DNA of 64,000 nucleotides from an uncultured delta proteobacterium (GTDB lineage: Bacteria > Myxococcota > Myxococcia > SLRQ01). Position numbers and translations under genes: made by a program. The DNA lies in the NCBI GenBank assembly GCA_963727485.1, contig CAVSGM010000001.1, forward strand, positions 832,001-896,000, read 5' to 3'. Of this stretch, positions 39,269 through 48,887 are shown piece after piece. Every line of letters begins with the position of its first letter. The stretch's first letter is position 1. Under the pieces are notes generated by a model. That model saw only the letters and a list, made by a program, of their open reading frames with translations, made no database searches and was not told the DNA's origin.

Positions 39269-40272
39269 GAGGCGTTCCTTTCCGCGCGTGGGACGAAGCC
39301 GTTGCGCTGGTACCAGTCGTAGGTGTCGTCGAAGGTGGCCTCGAGGGGCCGGGCGAGGTGCCCGAGCTCGCCGCGGGCGAGGGCGTCGTCGACGGGCTGG
39401 CCGTGGACGATGAGGTCGACCAGCTCCCGGGAGAGCCGCGGCCGCTCGGCGGTGCCCCGGCACCTGGCCTCCTCGGCGTCGGCGAAGGCCACCGCCTCCT
39501 CGGCGGCGAGGCGACGGGTCGGCGGCTCGACCCCGAGGCGCCGGGCCAGCCGGTCGATCAGGGTGGACACCGGGAGGCCGTGGCCGGCGAGGATGTACCG
39601 GGCGCCGTGGCGCCCCCGCTCGGCGGCGACGACCAGGGAGCGGGCCACGTCCCGGGCGTCGACCATGTCCACGAAGCCGTCGACGAAGCGGTCGAGGCGC
39701 CCGCTGCCGACCCCGGCCACCAGGTAGCCGGTGCCGACCTTGTGGTCGTAGGGGCCGAGGCACCCGGTGGGGCAGGCGGTGACAATCTCCAGCTCGCCCC
39801 GGGAGGCGGCCTCCATCACCGTGCGCGCCATGGCCACCTTCACCGCGTGGTAGGTGGCCCCCGGAGGCGGGACGATGAGGCCGTCGGCCTCGGTGGCCGG
39901 GCGTCCGTCGGCCCGCTGGGCCACCGTCGCCACCGAGCCCACATAGACGAAGCGGCGCACCCCGGCGCGGCGGGCGGCGGCCAGGGCGCTGGCGACGCCC
40001 GAGACCCCGGTGGAGACCTGGGCCACGGTGTCCCCGGCGTAGCGCGGGTAGTGGCCGGCGGCGAAGAACACCACGTCGCTGCCGGCCATGGCGTCGGCGA
40101 GCTGGGCCCGGTCCCCGAGGTCGGCGGACACCAGGGGCACCCCGAGGCGGCGGGCGAAGATGGTGTTGCTGGACCGCCGGCGTCCGGCGCGCACCTCGTG
40201 GCCCGCGGCCTTCAGGGCCTCGGCGAGGTTGAGACCCAGGAAGCCCGTGCCCCCGAGAATCAGGGCATTCAC
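39265..40272 (-). CDS. Extended SDR / NAD-dependent epimerase-reductase (HpnA/DFR-like)
   Basis: GGTGFLG, YHAVK (YxxxK), GPYD, VDARDVA, G..YIL. Confidence 0.85.
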   Translation of the reverse strand: MNALILGGTGFLGLNLAEALKAAGHEVRAGRRRSSNTIFARRLGVPLVSADLGDRAQLADAMAGSDVVFFAAGHYPRYAGDTVAQVSTGVSGVASALAAARRAGVRRFVYVGSVATVAQRADGRPATEADGLIVPPPGATYHAVKVAMARTVMEAASRGELEIVTACPTGCLGPYDHKVGTGYLVAGVGSGRLDRFVDGFVDMVDARDVARSLVVAAERGRHGARYILAGHGLPVSTLIDRLARRLGVEPPTRRLAAEEAVAFADAEEARCRGTAERPRLSRELVDLIVHGQPVDDALARGELGHLARPLEATFDDTYDWYQRNGFVPRAERNAS

Positions 40273-41883
40273 GGCACCGGCTCCAGGGACCTGAGGGACA
40301 GGTGGTCGACCCGGATGCCGAGGCGGGCGAGGAGGACGCCGTTGACCTGCTTCTCCAGGGCCTTGTGGGCGGCCGGGTCGCCGTCGAGCTCGAGGACCAG
40401 GTCCTCGGTGCCGGTGGCGGGGTTGGGGCGGGCGTGGGCCCGGGGCAGGGCCGCCGCCAGGGCCGGGTCCTCGGCGAGGACCGCCTCCACGTCGGCGGGG
40501 TAGTAGTTGCGGCCCATCTTGATGACCATGGGCTTGCGCCGCCCGGTGATGTGGAGCCGGCCGTCGGAGACCACCCCCAGGTCGCCGGTGCGCAGCCACC
40601 CGTCCTGGAGCACGGCGGCGGTGGCTCCGGGGCGCCGGTAGTAGCCCTGCATCGACGAGGGGCTCGAGACCCGGATCTCGCCGACCCGGCCCGGGGGCAG
40701 GAGCGCGTCGTCGGGGCCGAAGAATCCCCACCGACTGCCCGGGCAGGGGGCGGCCCACCGAGACCACGTCGCCCTCCAGGGTGGGGACGGTGTGGATCGG
40801 CTCGCCGGGGGCGGGGCAGGTGGCGGCCAGGGCGTTCTCCGCGAGGCCGTAGAGGGGCGTGAGGCTCGCCGGGTCCAGGCCCGCGGGGGCGAAGCGGCTG
40901 GCGAAGGCGTCGAGGGTCGCCGGGCGCACCATCTCGGCGCCGTCGAGGGCGAGGCGCAGGCTCGAGAGGTCGAGGCCCGCCAGGTGGCGCTCGGTGACCC
41001 GCCGGGCGGCGAGGTGGTAGCCGGCGTTGGGTCCCGCGGTCACGGTGGCCCGGAAGCGCGAGAGAGCGCCGAGCCAGCGGTGGGGCCGCATCAGGAAGGC
41101 CTCCGGGGGCATCACGTGGACCGGGAAGTGGAACCGGAGGCTGGTGAGCAGGACCCCGATGAGGCCCATGTCGTGGACCAGCGGGATCCAGACCACGCCC
41201 ACGTCCCGGTCGTCGAAGCCGAGGGCGGCCCCGAGTCCCTCGACGTTCAAGGCGATCTGCCGGTGGGTGAGGGCGACGCCGGCGGGGCGGACCACCGGGC
41301 CCGAGGTGTACTGGAGGAGGGCCAGGTCGTCGGGATCCGGATCGGGGAGCCGGCCGCCGAGGCCCTTCGCGGTGTCGAGATCCTCGACCAGCACCAGGCC
41401 CTCGGGACGCCCCAGCCGGCCGAGGAGGGCGGCGGCGGCGGTCTCGGCCCGGCGGGTGGTGACGAAGAGCCGGGCGTCGGCGTCGGCGACCACGCCCTCG
41501 AAGCCGGCGACGTAGGCGTCCACCAATCCCAGGGTCAGGGGCATGGGGCAGGGCACGGGGACCCCGCCGGCGAGCCAGGTGCCGAAGAAGCCGAAGAGGA
41601 AGGCCTCGGAGGTGGGGACCAGGATCACCACCCGGTCACCGGGGGCGAGCCCCCGGGCCCGGAGGGCGCGGGCGTAGCGCACCGCGCCGTCGCGGACCGC
41701 CTGCCACGAGAGGGGATGGGAGGCGTCGGCGGTGTCGAGGAGGTCGACGAAGAGGCCGTCGGGATCCTTGACCGCCGCGGCGTCGAGGGCCCCGAGGAGG
41801 CTCGGCCAGGGCGGCTCGGTCAGGGGTGGACCATCCAGGCGGGAGGTCCCCACGGGGGCCCGGGCATCGTCCATGGGAAGCAT
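40269..41883 (-). CDS. Fatty acyl-AMP ligase-like adenylation protein with degenerate motifs (frameshift at 40722-40726)
   Basis: LLQYTSG, WIPLVHDMGLIG, YGLAE, WLRTGDLG, GRNYYP.DVE; frame restored by removing one base of GATTC. Confidence 0.8.
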
Positions 41884-41915
41884 GGACGAGTGGTAGGCCT
41901 CCCGGCCCGGGAGGT

Positions 41916-41933
41916 CACTGACCTGGATCAGTG
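41916..41933. promoter_or_regulatory. Crp/FNR-type operator palindrome
   Basis: CACTGACCTGGATCAGTG; core CTGAC-N4-ATCAG vs FNR consensus TTGAT-N4-ATCAA; lies between the divergent FAAL and regulator genes. Confidence 0.6.
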
Positions 41934-41977
41934 TTTTGGCACTTGATCGGGCTGGCAATCGCCCTAAGCTGCACCTG

Positions 41978-42658
41978 ATGCAGACAATGCGCCGATCCTG
42001 TGCCGTCCGGGACGCGGGTCTCCGCCTCCGGGAGGCGTGCACGGCCTGCGAGGGCCGCCCTGCCACGGGGATGATCTCCCTGGGGCGTCACCAGGTGCTC
42101 CACGTCGAGGGCGACCGCGGCGGGGTCATCTACGCGGTGGTCGAGGGCACCCTCTGGGAGAGCCGCGCCACCGCCGACGGCCGGACCCAGGGGATCCGGC
42201 TCATCACCGAGGGGGACGTGGTCGGTCTCGAGTCCCTGGTCGGGGAGCCCTACCGCAGCACCCTCGAGGCCCTGGCGCCGGCGAAGGTCTGCCGGGTCGC
42301 CGCCTGGGAGGCCGGGGCCTTCCTGGCCCTGCGTCCCGACGCCCAGCGGGCCCTGGGGTCCCTGGCCATCCGCCAGACCCTGGCCCTCTCCGAGTCGGTG
42401 CGCCTCCTCGGCGCCGGCACCGCCGAGGAGCGGGTGCTGGCGGTGGTGCGGCGCCTCGCGGCCGACAAGCCCGCTGGGACCTGGGTGCGCCTGCCGGTGA
42501 CCCGCAAGGAGCTCGCCGAGCTCGCGGGCCTCGCCGACCCCACCGTCTCGCGAATCATCCAGCGCTTCGTCCGCGCCGGGAAGCTCGAGGTCCGGGGCCG
42601 GTGGCTCCGGGTCCAGGACCCGGGGCTCCTCGCCGACCCCGCCACCGACGCCGCCTAG
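41978..42658 (+). CDS. Crp/FNR family transcriptional regulator with FNR-like cysteines
   Basis: cNMP-fold GDVVGLE, AEERV, HTH TRKELAELAGL..TVSR; N-terminal C-x12-C-x2-C plus AKVC. Confidence 0.85.
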   Translation: MQTMRRSCAVRDAGLRLREACTACEGRPATGMISLGRHQVLHVEGDRGGVIYAVVEGTLWESRATADGRTQGIRLITEGDVVGLESLVGEPYRSTLEALAPAKVCRVAAWEAGAFLALRPDAQRALGSLAIRQTLALSESVRLLGAGTAEERVLAVVRRLAADKPAGTWVRLPVTRKELAELAGLADPTVSRIIQRFVRAGKLEVRGRWLRVQDPGLLADPATDAA

Positions 42659-42742
42659 GGTCCAGGGCCGCCGTCCCCTCGGGGAACGGCCCCCGGGGCG
42701 CGGCGCCCGCGCCCGGCCCGCGTGGTGGGCAGAGTGGTGGGC

Positions 42743-44358
42743 TCAGAGGACGTCGACGTCCACGCCCAGGCGGGCCAGCCCCTTGCGCAGCTCGCCCTTG
42801 TCCACGGCCTTGGCCAGCGCCTCCGCCGGCTCCACCAGCTCCTTCTCCACCAGCTCCAGGAGGGACTGGTTGAGGGTGCGCATCCCCAGGCCCCGGCCGG
42901 TCTGCATGATCGACGGGATCTGGAAGGTCTTCCCCTCGCGGATGAGGTTGGCGGTGGAGTGGGTGACCAGCAGGATCTCGTAGGCCGCGACCCGGCCGCC
43001 GCCCTTCTTCTTGCAGAGGGTCTGGGCCACCACCGCCTTGAGGCTCTCGGAGAGCATGGTGCGGATCTGCGCCTGCCGGTCGGAGGGGAACTGGTCGATG
43101 ATCCGGTCGACGGTGGAGGGCGCGGTGTTGGTGTGGAGGGTGCCGAAGACCAGGTGGCCGGTCTCGGCGGTCTCGATGGCGATGGCCACCGTCTCCAGGT
43201 CGCGCATCTCGCCCACCAGGATGATGTCCGGATCCTCGCGCAGGGCGGCGCGCAGGGCGCTCTTGAAGCCCCGGGTGTGGGGGCCAATCTCGCGCTGGTT
43301 CACCAGGCAGCGCTTGTTGTCGTGGACGAACTCCACCGGGTCCTCGATGGTGATCAGATGCCCGGGTCGGTGGGCGTTGAGGTGGTCGACCATCGCCGCC
43401 AGGCTCGTGGACTTCCCGGAGCCGGTGGGGCCGGTGACCACCACCAGGCCCTTCTCGAGGAAGCACAGCTCCAGGACCGCCTCGGGGAGCCCCAGGTCCT
43501 CGGCGGTGAGGATCTTGGTGGGGATGAGGCGGAACACACCACCGGGCCCCTTGCGGTCCAGGAAGAGGTTGCAGCGGAACCGGGCCTCGCCGGGGATCTC
43601 GTAGGCGAAGTCGGTGTCGTGCTCCGCCTCGAACTGCTCCCGGTTGACCTCGGGGGTGATCTCCATGAGCAGCTCGCGGACCTCCTCGGGCGAGAGGGGC
43701 GGCGCCTTGGCCAGGGGGACGATGTCTCCGTCCTTGCGGAAGAGGGGCGGGTTGCCGCTGCACAGGTGGAGGTCCGAGCACCCGAGCTCGAATCATGATC
43801 TGGAAGTAGGACTCGATGGCCGGCGCCCCCTCGCGGGCGGCGTGGGGCCGGGCCCCCGGGTCGTAGGGCAGGAAGGAGACTCCGTCGACCGGCGAGGCCG
43901 GGGGCGCCGGGGTGTCGCCGGCGGGGGCCTCGGCGGGCTCCGGGGACGGTCGGGCGTCCTCGCCCCAGGCGCCCTCGGCGGGGTCGGCGGCGTCCGCGGC
44001 GGGCTGGGGCTCGGGCTGGGGCTCGGGCTCGGGGGCCTTCCGACGCTGGGGCCGCTGGCCGTAGGCCACCACCGAGAACGAGAGGCTGCCGCTGTCCCGG
44101 CGCACCCGGATGGTCACCGGCCCGGCCGGGGCCAGGTAGGGGAACTCGTGGTTGCCGGTGCTGCCAATCCGCGGCGCCATGTCCTGGGGCACGATCTCCT
44201 GGAGCACCCCCTCGAGGAGGGCGGGCACCGCGGGCTGGGCGCTCACCGTCCGGACCTCGTCGCCGGTGACCAGGGCGACCTTCTCGCCGGTGACGAACTC
44301 CAGGCGGTCCGCCTTGAACTGGAAGAGGGCTTGGACGAACTTGTCGAATCCGCGGCAC
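42743..44358 (-). CDS. pilT: PilT/PilU-family retraction ATPase with extra N-terminal domain (frameshifts at 44346-44350 and 43790-43794)
   Basis: SDLHL, RFRCN, GPTGSGKST, TIEDPVE, LREDPD, GEMRD, TGHLVFGTLH, NLIREGK. Confidence 0.9.
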
Positions 44359-44368
44359 GCGTCGTTCC

Positions 44369-44863
44369 TCACTGGTTCCCGGGCATCCGGAACCACCGGA
44401 CCCGGGACTTGTTCACCAGGTGACAGGTCTCCCCCTCGCGGACCACCACGAAGGGGGCGGGGTCGTTGAGGAGGTCGACGAGACGCTCGTGGCCCGAGGC
44501 CAGGAGCCAGACGACCGTGCCCTCCACCCGGGTGTCGTCCTCGAGGAGGGCCTCGACCTCGGCCACGTGGGCGTCGGAGGCGGCGAGGTCCTCGGCGTCG
44601 AGGGCGTCCTCGCCGAGCTCGAGGTCCGCGGCCACCGAGATGACGCACACCGCGTCCCGGTGCACCAGGAGCACCTCGCCGAAGCCGCTGGCCACCGCGA
44701 AGAAGGGTTCGGCGCCGTTGAGGACATCGCTGGGACGCTCGGGGCCGTCGTGGCCCCGGGCCCGGTCGGCGAGGAAGAGCTCCACCGCCCGGGGGGTGGC
44801 GCCGGTGACCGCCAGGCGGGCGGCGACCCGGCGTTTGGGGATGCGGTAGGGATCCTCGGGCAC
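44369..44863 (-). CDS. Hypothetical protein with two-fold internal repeat (R..D.LN...PF)
   Basis: RPSDVLNGAEPFF and RLVDLLNDPAPFV; directly upstream of pilT. Confidence 0.6.
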   Translation of the reverse strand: MPEDPYRIPKRRVAARLAVTGATPRAVELFLADRARGHDGPERPSDVLNGAEPFFAVASGFGEVLLVHRDAVCVISVAADLELGEDALDAEDLAASDAHVAEVEALLEDDTRVEGTVVWLLASGHERLVDLLNDPAPFVVVREGETCHLVNKSRVRWFRMPGNQ

Positions 44864-44925
44864 GTTCGTCCAGAGGTAGCAGGGGGGGGCCCGCCGCCGC
44901 AATGCCCCGCCCCGGGGACGGGCCG

Positions 44926-45624
44926 CTACTGGGCGAGGCGGTAGCCCACGCCGCGGACGGTGACCAGGTGCTGGGGGCTCGAGGGGTCGGCCTCGAGCTT
45001 GGCTCGGAGCTGGGCGATGAAGTTGTCGATGGTCCGGAGGGTGCCGTGGTGGTTCGGACCCCACACCGCCTGGAAGATCTCCTCGCGGGTCACCGCCTCG
45101 CCCGACCGCTCGGCCAGGGCGGTGAGGACGTCGAACTCGGTGCTGGTGAGCTCCACCGCCTCGTCGCCGCGGTGGACCTCCCGGGCCTGGGGGTTCACCG
45201 TGACCTCCCCGAAGTGCCACACCGGCGCCGGCCGGGGGCCCGCCCGGCGGAGCACCGCGCGGATCCGGGCGAGGAGCTCGGCGAGGCTGAAGGGCTTGGT
45301 GACGTAGTCCTCGCTCCCGAGCTCGAGGCCCGTGACCTTGTCCATCTCCGAGGTCCGGGCGGAGAGGACGATGACCGGCGTGGTGTTCCCCTCGCCGCGG
45401 AGGGTGCGCAGGACCTCGAAGCCGTGGAGCTTGGGGAGCATGATGTCGAGGATCACCAGGTCGGCGCCCTCCCGGGCGAGCTGGAGGCCGGTGACCCCGT
45501 CCTCGGCGGTGGTCACCCGGTAGCCCTCGGTCTCGAGGTTCATCCGCAGGCCCATGGCGATCGAGGGGTCGTCCTCGATGACCAGGATGCGGGCCTTGGG
45601 GCGCGCGTCGTTGGGGGTGCTCAT
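44926..45624 (-). CDS. OmpR/PhoB family response regulator
   Basis: IEDD, LDIMLP, DYVTKPF, RTIDNFI..LR.KLE, TVRGVGY. Confidence 0.95.
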   Translation of the reverse strand: MSTPNDARPKARILVIEDDPSIAMGLRMNLETEGYRVTTAEDGVTGLQLAREGADLVILDIMLPKLHGFEVLRTLRGEGNTTPVIVLSARTSEMDKVTGLELGSEDYVTKPFSLAELLARIRAVLRRAGPRPAPVWHFGEVTVNPQAREVHRGDEAVELTSTEFDVLTALAERSGEAVTREEIFQAVWGPNHHGTLRTIDNFIAQLRAKLEADPSSPQHLVTVRGVGYRLAQ

Positions 45625-46577
45625 GGGCTCTGCGCCTCCCGGGCGATGGGCAGGACGAGGGTGAAGGTGCTCCCCGCGCCGGGGCTGGAGTCGACCTCGA
45701 CCTTGCCGCCGTGGGCCCGCGCCACGTGGCGGACGATGGCGAGGCCGAGACCCGAGCCCTCGGCGACCCGGGAGAGCCGCTCGTCGACCCGGTAGAACTT
45801 CTGGAAGATGCGCCGGTGCTCGGTCGGGGGGATGCCGATGCCCCGGTCGCGCACCGCGAGGTGGATGGCGTGCCGGTCGGCGTCGGCGGAGAGGGTGATG
45901 TCCGGGGCGCCCTCGGAGTACTTCAGGGCGTTGGACAGGAGGTTCACCAGGGCGTCGACCAGCGCCCCCCGGTCGGCCATCACCGGCGGCAGGGCCTCCT
46001 GGACCTCGACCTTCACCGGGATCTCGCGGCCCACGGTGACGATGCGGAAGGCGGCCAGGGCCGCGTCGACGATCTCGGGCACGGTGTCGGGGCGCAGCTC
46101 GTAGACCCGCTTGCCCGCCTCCATGCGGCCCCAGTCGAGGAGGCGCTCGATGCGCTCGGTGAGGCGGCCGGTCTCCCGGGCCAGGGCGTCGGTGAGGCCG
46201 GCGAGCTCCTCGGGCGGCACCCGGCCGAGCTGGAGGGTCTCGACGAACATCCGGATGCTGGTCAGGGGGGTGCGCAGCTCGTGGCTGACCTTGGAGACGA
46301 AGTCGCTCTGGAGCTGGGAGAGCTGGGCCTCCTTGCGGAGGAAGACCAGGGCGAGGATGGTGCCGGTGGCCAGCGAGGCGACGATGGCCACCACCAGGAC
46401 CCCGAACACCAGGTCCAGGCTCCCCCGGTAGAAGACCAGCATCAGGATCCCCACCGCCAGGAGCAGCACCGTGGGCACGGTCACCAGGGAGACCAGGAGG
46501 ACCACGATGCGGCGAAAGCCGCGGGTGTGTCCGTCGGACTCGGAGAGGAGGGTGCCGCGGGTGGGCGGGGTCGCCAT
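45621..46577 (-). CDS. Sensor histidine kinase, 2 TM helices with very short loop (intramembrane-sensing type)
   Basis: VSHELRTPL, NLLSNALKY, DRGIGI, GSGLGL. Confidence 0.95.
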   Translation of the reverse strand: MATPPTRGTLLSESDGHTRGFRRIVVLLVSLVTVPTVLLLAVGILMLVFYRGSLDLVFGVLVVAIVASLATGTILALVFLRKEAQLSQLQSDFVSKVSHELRTPLTSIRMFVETLQLGRVPPEELAGLTDALARETGRLTERIERLLDWGRMEAGKRVYELRPDTVPEIVDAALAAFRIVTVGREIPVKVEVQEALPPVMADRGALVDALVNLLSNALKYSEGAPDITLSADADRHAIHLAVRDRGIGIPPTEHRRIFQKFYRVDERLSRVAEGSGLGLAIVRHVARAHGGKVEVDSSPGAGSTFTLVLPIAREAQSP

Positions 46578-46666
46578 GGCGGGGGGATGGAAGCACGGGC
46601 GGCACGGCGCGGCAACTCCCGGCGCCGGCGCTCGCCGGAGCCGGCGGGCTCTGGCATAACCAGCCC

Positions 46667-48109
46667 ATGGCCTCCACCCGAGCCCGCGGTCTGTTCTGCA
46701 ACCGCACCCTCAACCTCCGGGCGATCCGCGCGGTGGGCTACGACATGGACTACACGCTGGTCCACTACCACATCGACGCCTGGGAGCGCCGGGCCTACGC
46801 CTATCTCCGCGAGGGCCTCGCCGAGCGCGGCTTCCCGGTGTCGGACCTGGAGCTGGTGCCGGGGCTGGTGACCCGGGGCCTCATCCTCGACACCGAGCTG
46901 GGGAACGTGGTCAAGGCCAACCGGTTCGGCTACGTGAAGCGCGCCTTCCACGGGACCCGGCTGATGCCCTTCGAGGACCAGCGCGCCGCCTACGCCCGGA
47001 CCCTGGTCGACCTCCGGGAGGATCGCTGGGTGTTCCTCAACACCTTCTTCTCCATCTCCGAGGCCTGCATGTACATGCAGCTGGTCGACCTCGCCGACGC
47101 CGGGGCGCTCGGACGGGTGCTGGGCTACGCCGAGCTCCACGGGAAGGTTCGCGCCGGCCTCGACGCCGCCCACGCCGAGGGGCGCCTCAAGGCGGAGATC
47201 GTCGCCGACCCCGGGCGCTTCGTGGCCCGCGATCCCGAGATGCCCCTGACCCTCCTCGACCAGAAGGAGGCGGGCAAGCAGGTCCTGCTGATCACCAACT
47301 CCGAGTGGGACTACGCGGCGCCGATCCTCGCCTACGCCTTCGATGGCTTCCTCCCCGGGGGGAAGGGCTGGCGGGACGTGTTCGACGTGGCCATCGTCGG
47401 TGCCCGGAAGCCCGACTTCTTCTCGGGCCTGGCCCCGGCCTTCGAGGTGGTCAGCGACGACGGCCTGCTCCGGGAGCACCGGGGCGCGCTGACGCCCGGG
47501 GTCTACGTCGGGGGCAACGCCGGCCTGGTGGAGTCGTCGCTGGGGCTCGCCGGCGAGGAGATCCTCTACGTCGGCGACCACGTGTTCACCGACGTCCACG
47601 TGAGCAAGAACGTCAACCGCTGGCGCACCGCCCTGGTGATCCGCGAGCTCGAGGCCGAGATCGCCGCCCTCGAGGCCTTCGCCCCGCAGCAGGCGCGCCT
47701 GGTGTCGCTGATGGCCGAGAAGACCGGGCTGGAGGCCGAGCACGACGCCGCGCGCCTGACGCTTCAGCGCGTCCGCCGGGGCTACGGGCCGGCGTCCACG
47801 GTCTCGGCCGGCGAGCTCGACGCCACCCTCGCCGGGCTCCGGGGGCGCATCCTCGAGCTCGACGCCCGGATCGCGCCCCTGGCCCGGTCCTCGGCGGAGC
47901 TCCTCGAGCCCCACTGGGGTCTGCTGATGCGCGCCGGCAACGACAAGAGCCACTTCGCCCGGCAGGTGGAGCGCTACGCCGACATCTACACCTCCCGGGT
48001 GTCGAACCTCCTGGCCGCGACCCCCTTTGCCTACCTGCGCTCACCCCGGGGCAGCCTTCCCCACGACGATGGGTGGGAACCGGTGGCGCCGGACGACCCG
48101 GTGCGCTAG
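46667..48109 (+). CDS. HAD-IG family 5'-nucleotidase
   Basis: [24 protein letters not shown]...D, RYADIYTS. Confidence 0.9.
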   Translation: MASTRARGLFCNRTLNLRAIRAVGYDMDYTLVHYHIDAWERRAYAYLREGLAERGFPVSDLELVPGLVTRGLILDTELGNVVKANRFGYVKRAFHGTRLMPFEDQRAAYARTLVDLREDRWVFLNTFFSISEACMYMQLVDLADAGALGRVLGYAELHGKVRAGLDAAHAEGRLKAEIVADPGRFVARDPEMPLTLLDQKEAGKQVLLITNSEWDYAAPILAYAFDGFLPGGKGWRDVFDVAIVGARKPDFFSGLAPAFEVVSDDGLLREHRGALTPGVYVGGNAGLVESSLGLAGEEILYVGDHVFTDVHVSKNVNRWRTALVIRELEAEIAALEAFAPQQARLVSLMAEKTGLEAEHDAARLTLQRVRRGYGPASTVSAGELDATLAGLRGRILELDARIAPLARSSAELLEPHWGLLMRAGNDKSHFARQVERYADIYTSRVSNLLAATPFAYLRSPRGSLPHDDGWEPVAPDDPVR

Positions 48110-48190
48110 CCTTTTTCGGTCGAGAGTCGGCGGTGACCGCGGGGCGCAGGGTGCGTCCCGGGGGAGCCGCCCTTCGGAGCCATCGGACAC

Positions 48191-48806
48191 ATGGGAACGA
48201 AGCTTTACGTCGGAAACCTGTCCTACGGGACCACCGACGAGACCCTAGGGAGCTGTTCGGCGCAGACGGGCGCACGGTCAAGGACGTCGCCATCATCCTC
48301 GATTGCGAGACACGGCGTCCCCGTGGCTTCGCCTTCGTGGAGATGGCCTCCGACGAGGACGCCAAGGCGGCGGCCGCGGCCCTCGACGGCCGCGAGGTCG
48401 ATGGCCGGGCGCTCCGGGTCAACGAGGCCCGGGAGCGTGAGTCCCGGCCGGGCGGCGGCGGCGGACGCGGTGGCTACGGCGGCGGCGGTGGCGGCCGCGG
48501 CGGCTACGGTGGGGGCGGTGGCGGTCGCGGCGGCTACGGCGGTGGCGGCGGCGGTGGCGGCCGGGGCGGCTACGGCGGCGGCGGTGGCGATGCGGTGGCT
48601 ACGGCGGTGGCGGTGGCGATCGCGGTGGCTACGGCGGCGGTGGCCGCGGCGGCTACGGTGGTGGCGGTGGCTTCGACGGCCCGCCCTTGCCCGACGACGG
48701 GTCCGGGGACCGGGGTCGCCGCGATGATCGCGCCCGGCGCCGGGAGCGCAGCCGCAAGCGTCGGGACTCGGGCCACGGCGGCGGCTTCGATCCCTACGAC
48801 GACTAG
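48191..48806 (+). CDS. RRM RNA-binding protein with Gly/Arg/Tyr-rich tail (frameshifts at ~48248 and ~48591)
   Basis: RNP2 LYVGNL, RNP1 [18 protein letters not shown], then RGGYGGGGG repeats. Confidence 0.85.
48466..48672 (+). repeat. Imperfect tandem repeat encoding about 6 RGGYG(n) units
   Basis: Recurrent cgcggYggctacggYggc. Confidence 0.75.
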
Positions 48807-48887
48807 GCGCGGGGCGCCGACCGATGCGCCCTGGCCCTCGCATGGCCGACGCGGCCTCCGCCTCGGCCCGGCTACCCGTCCGGGGTG

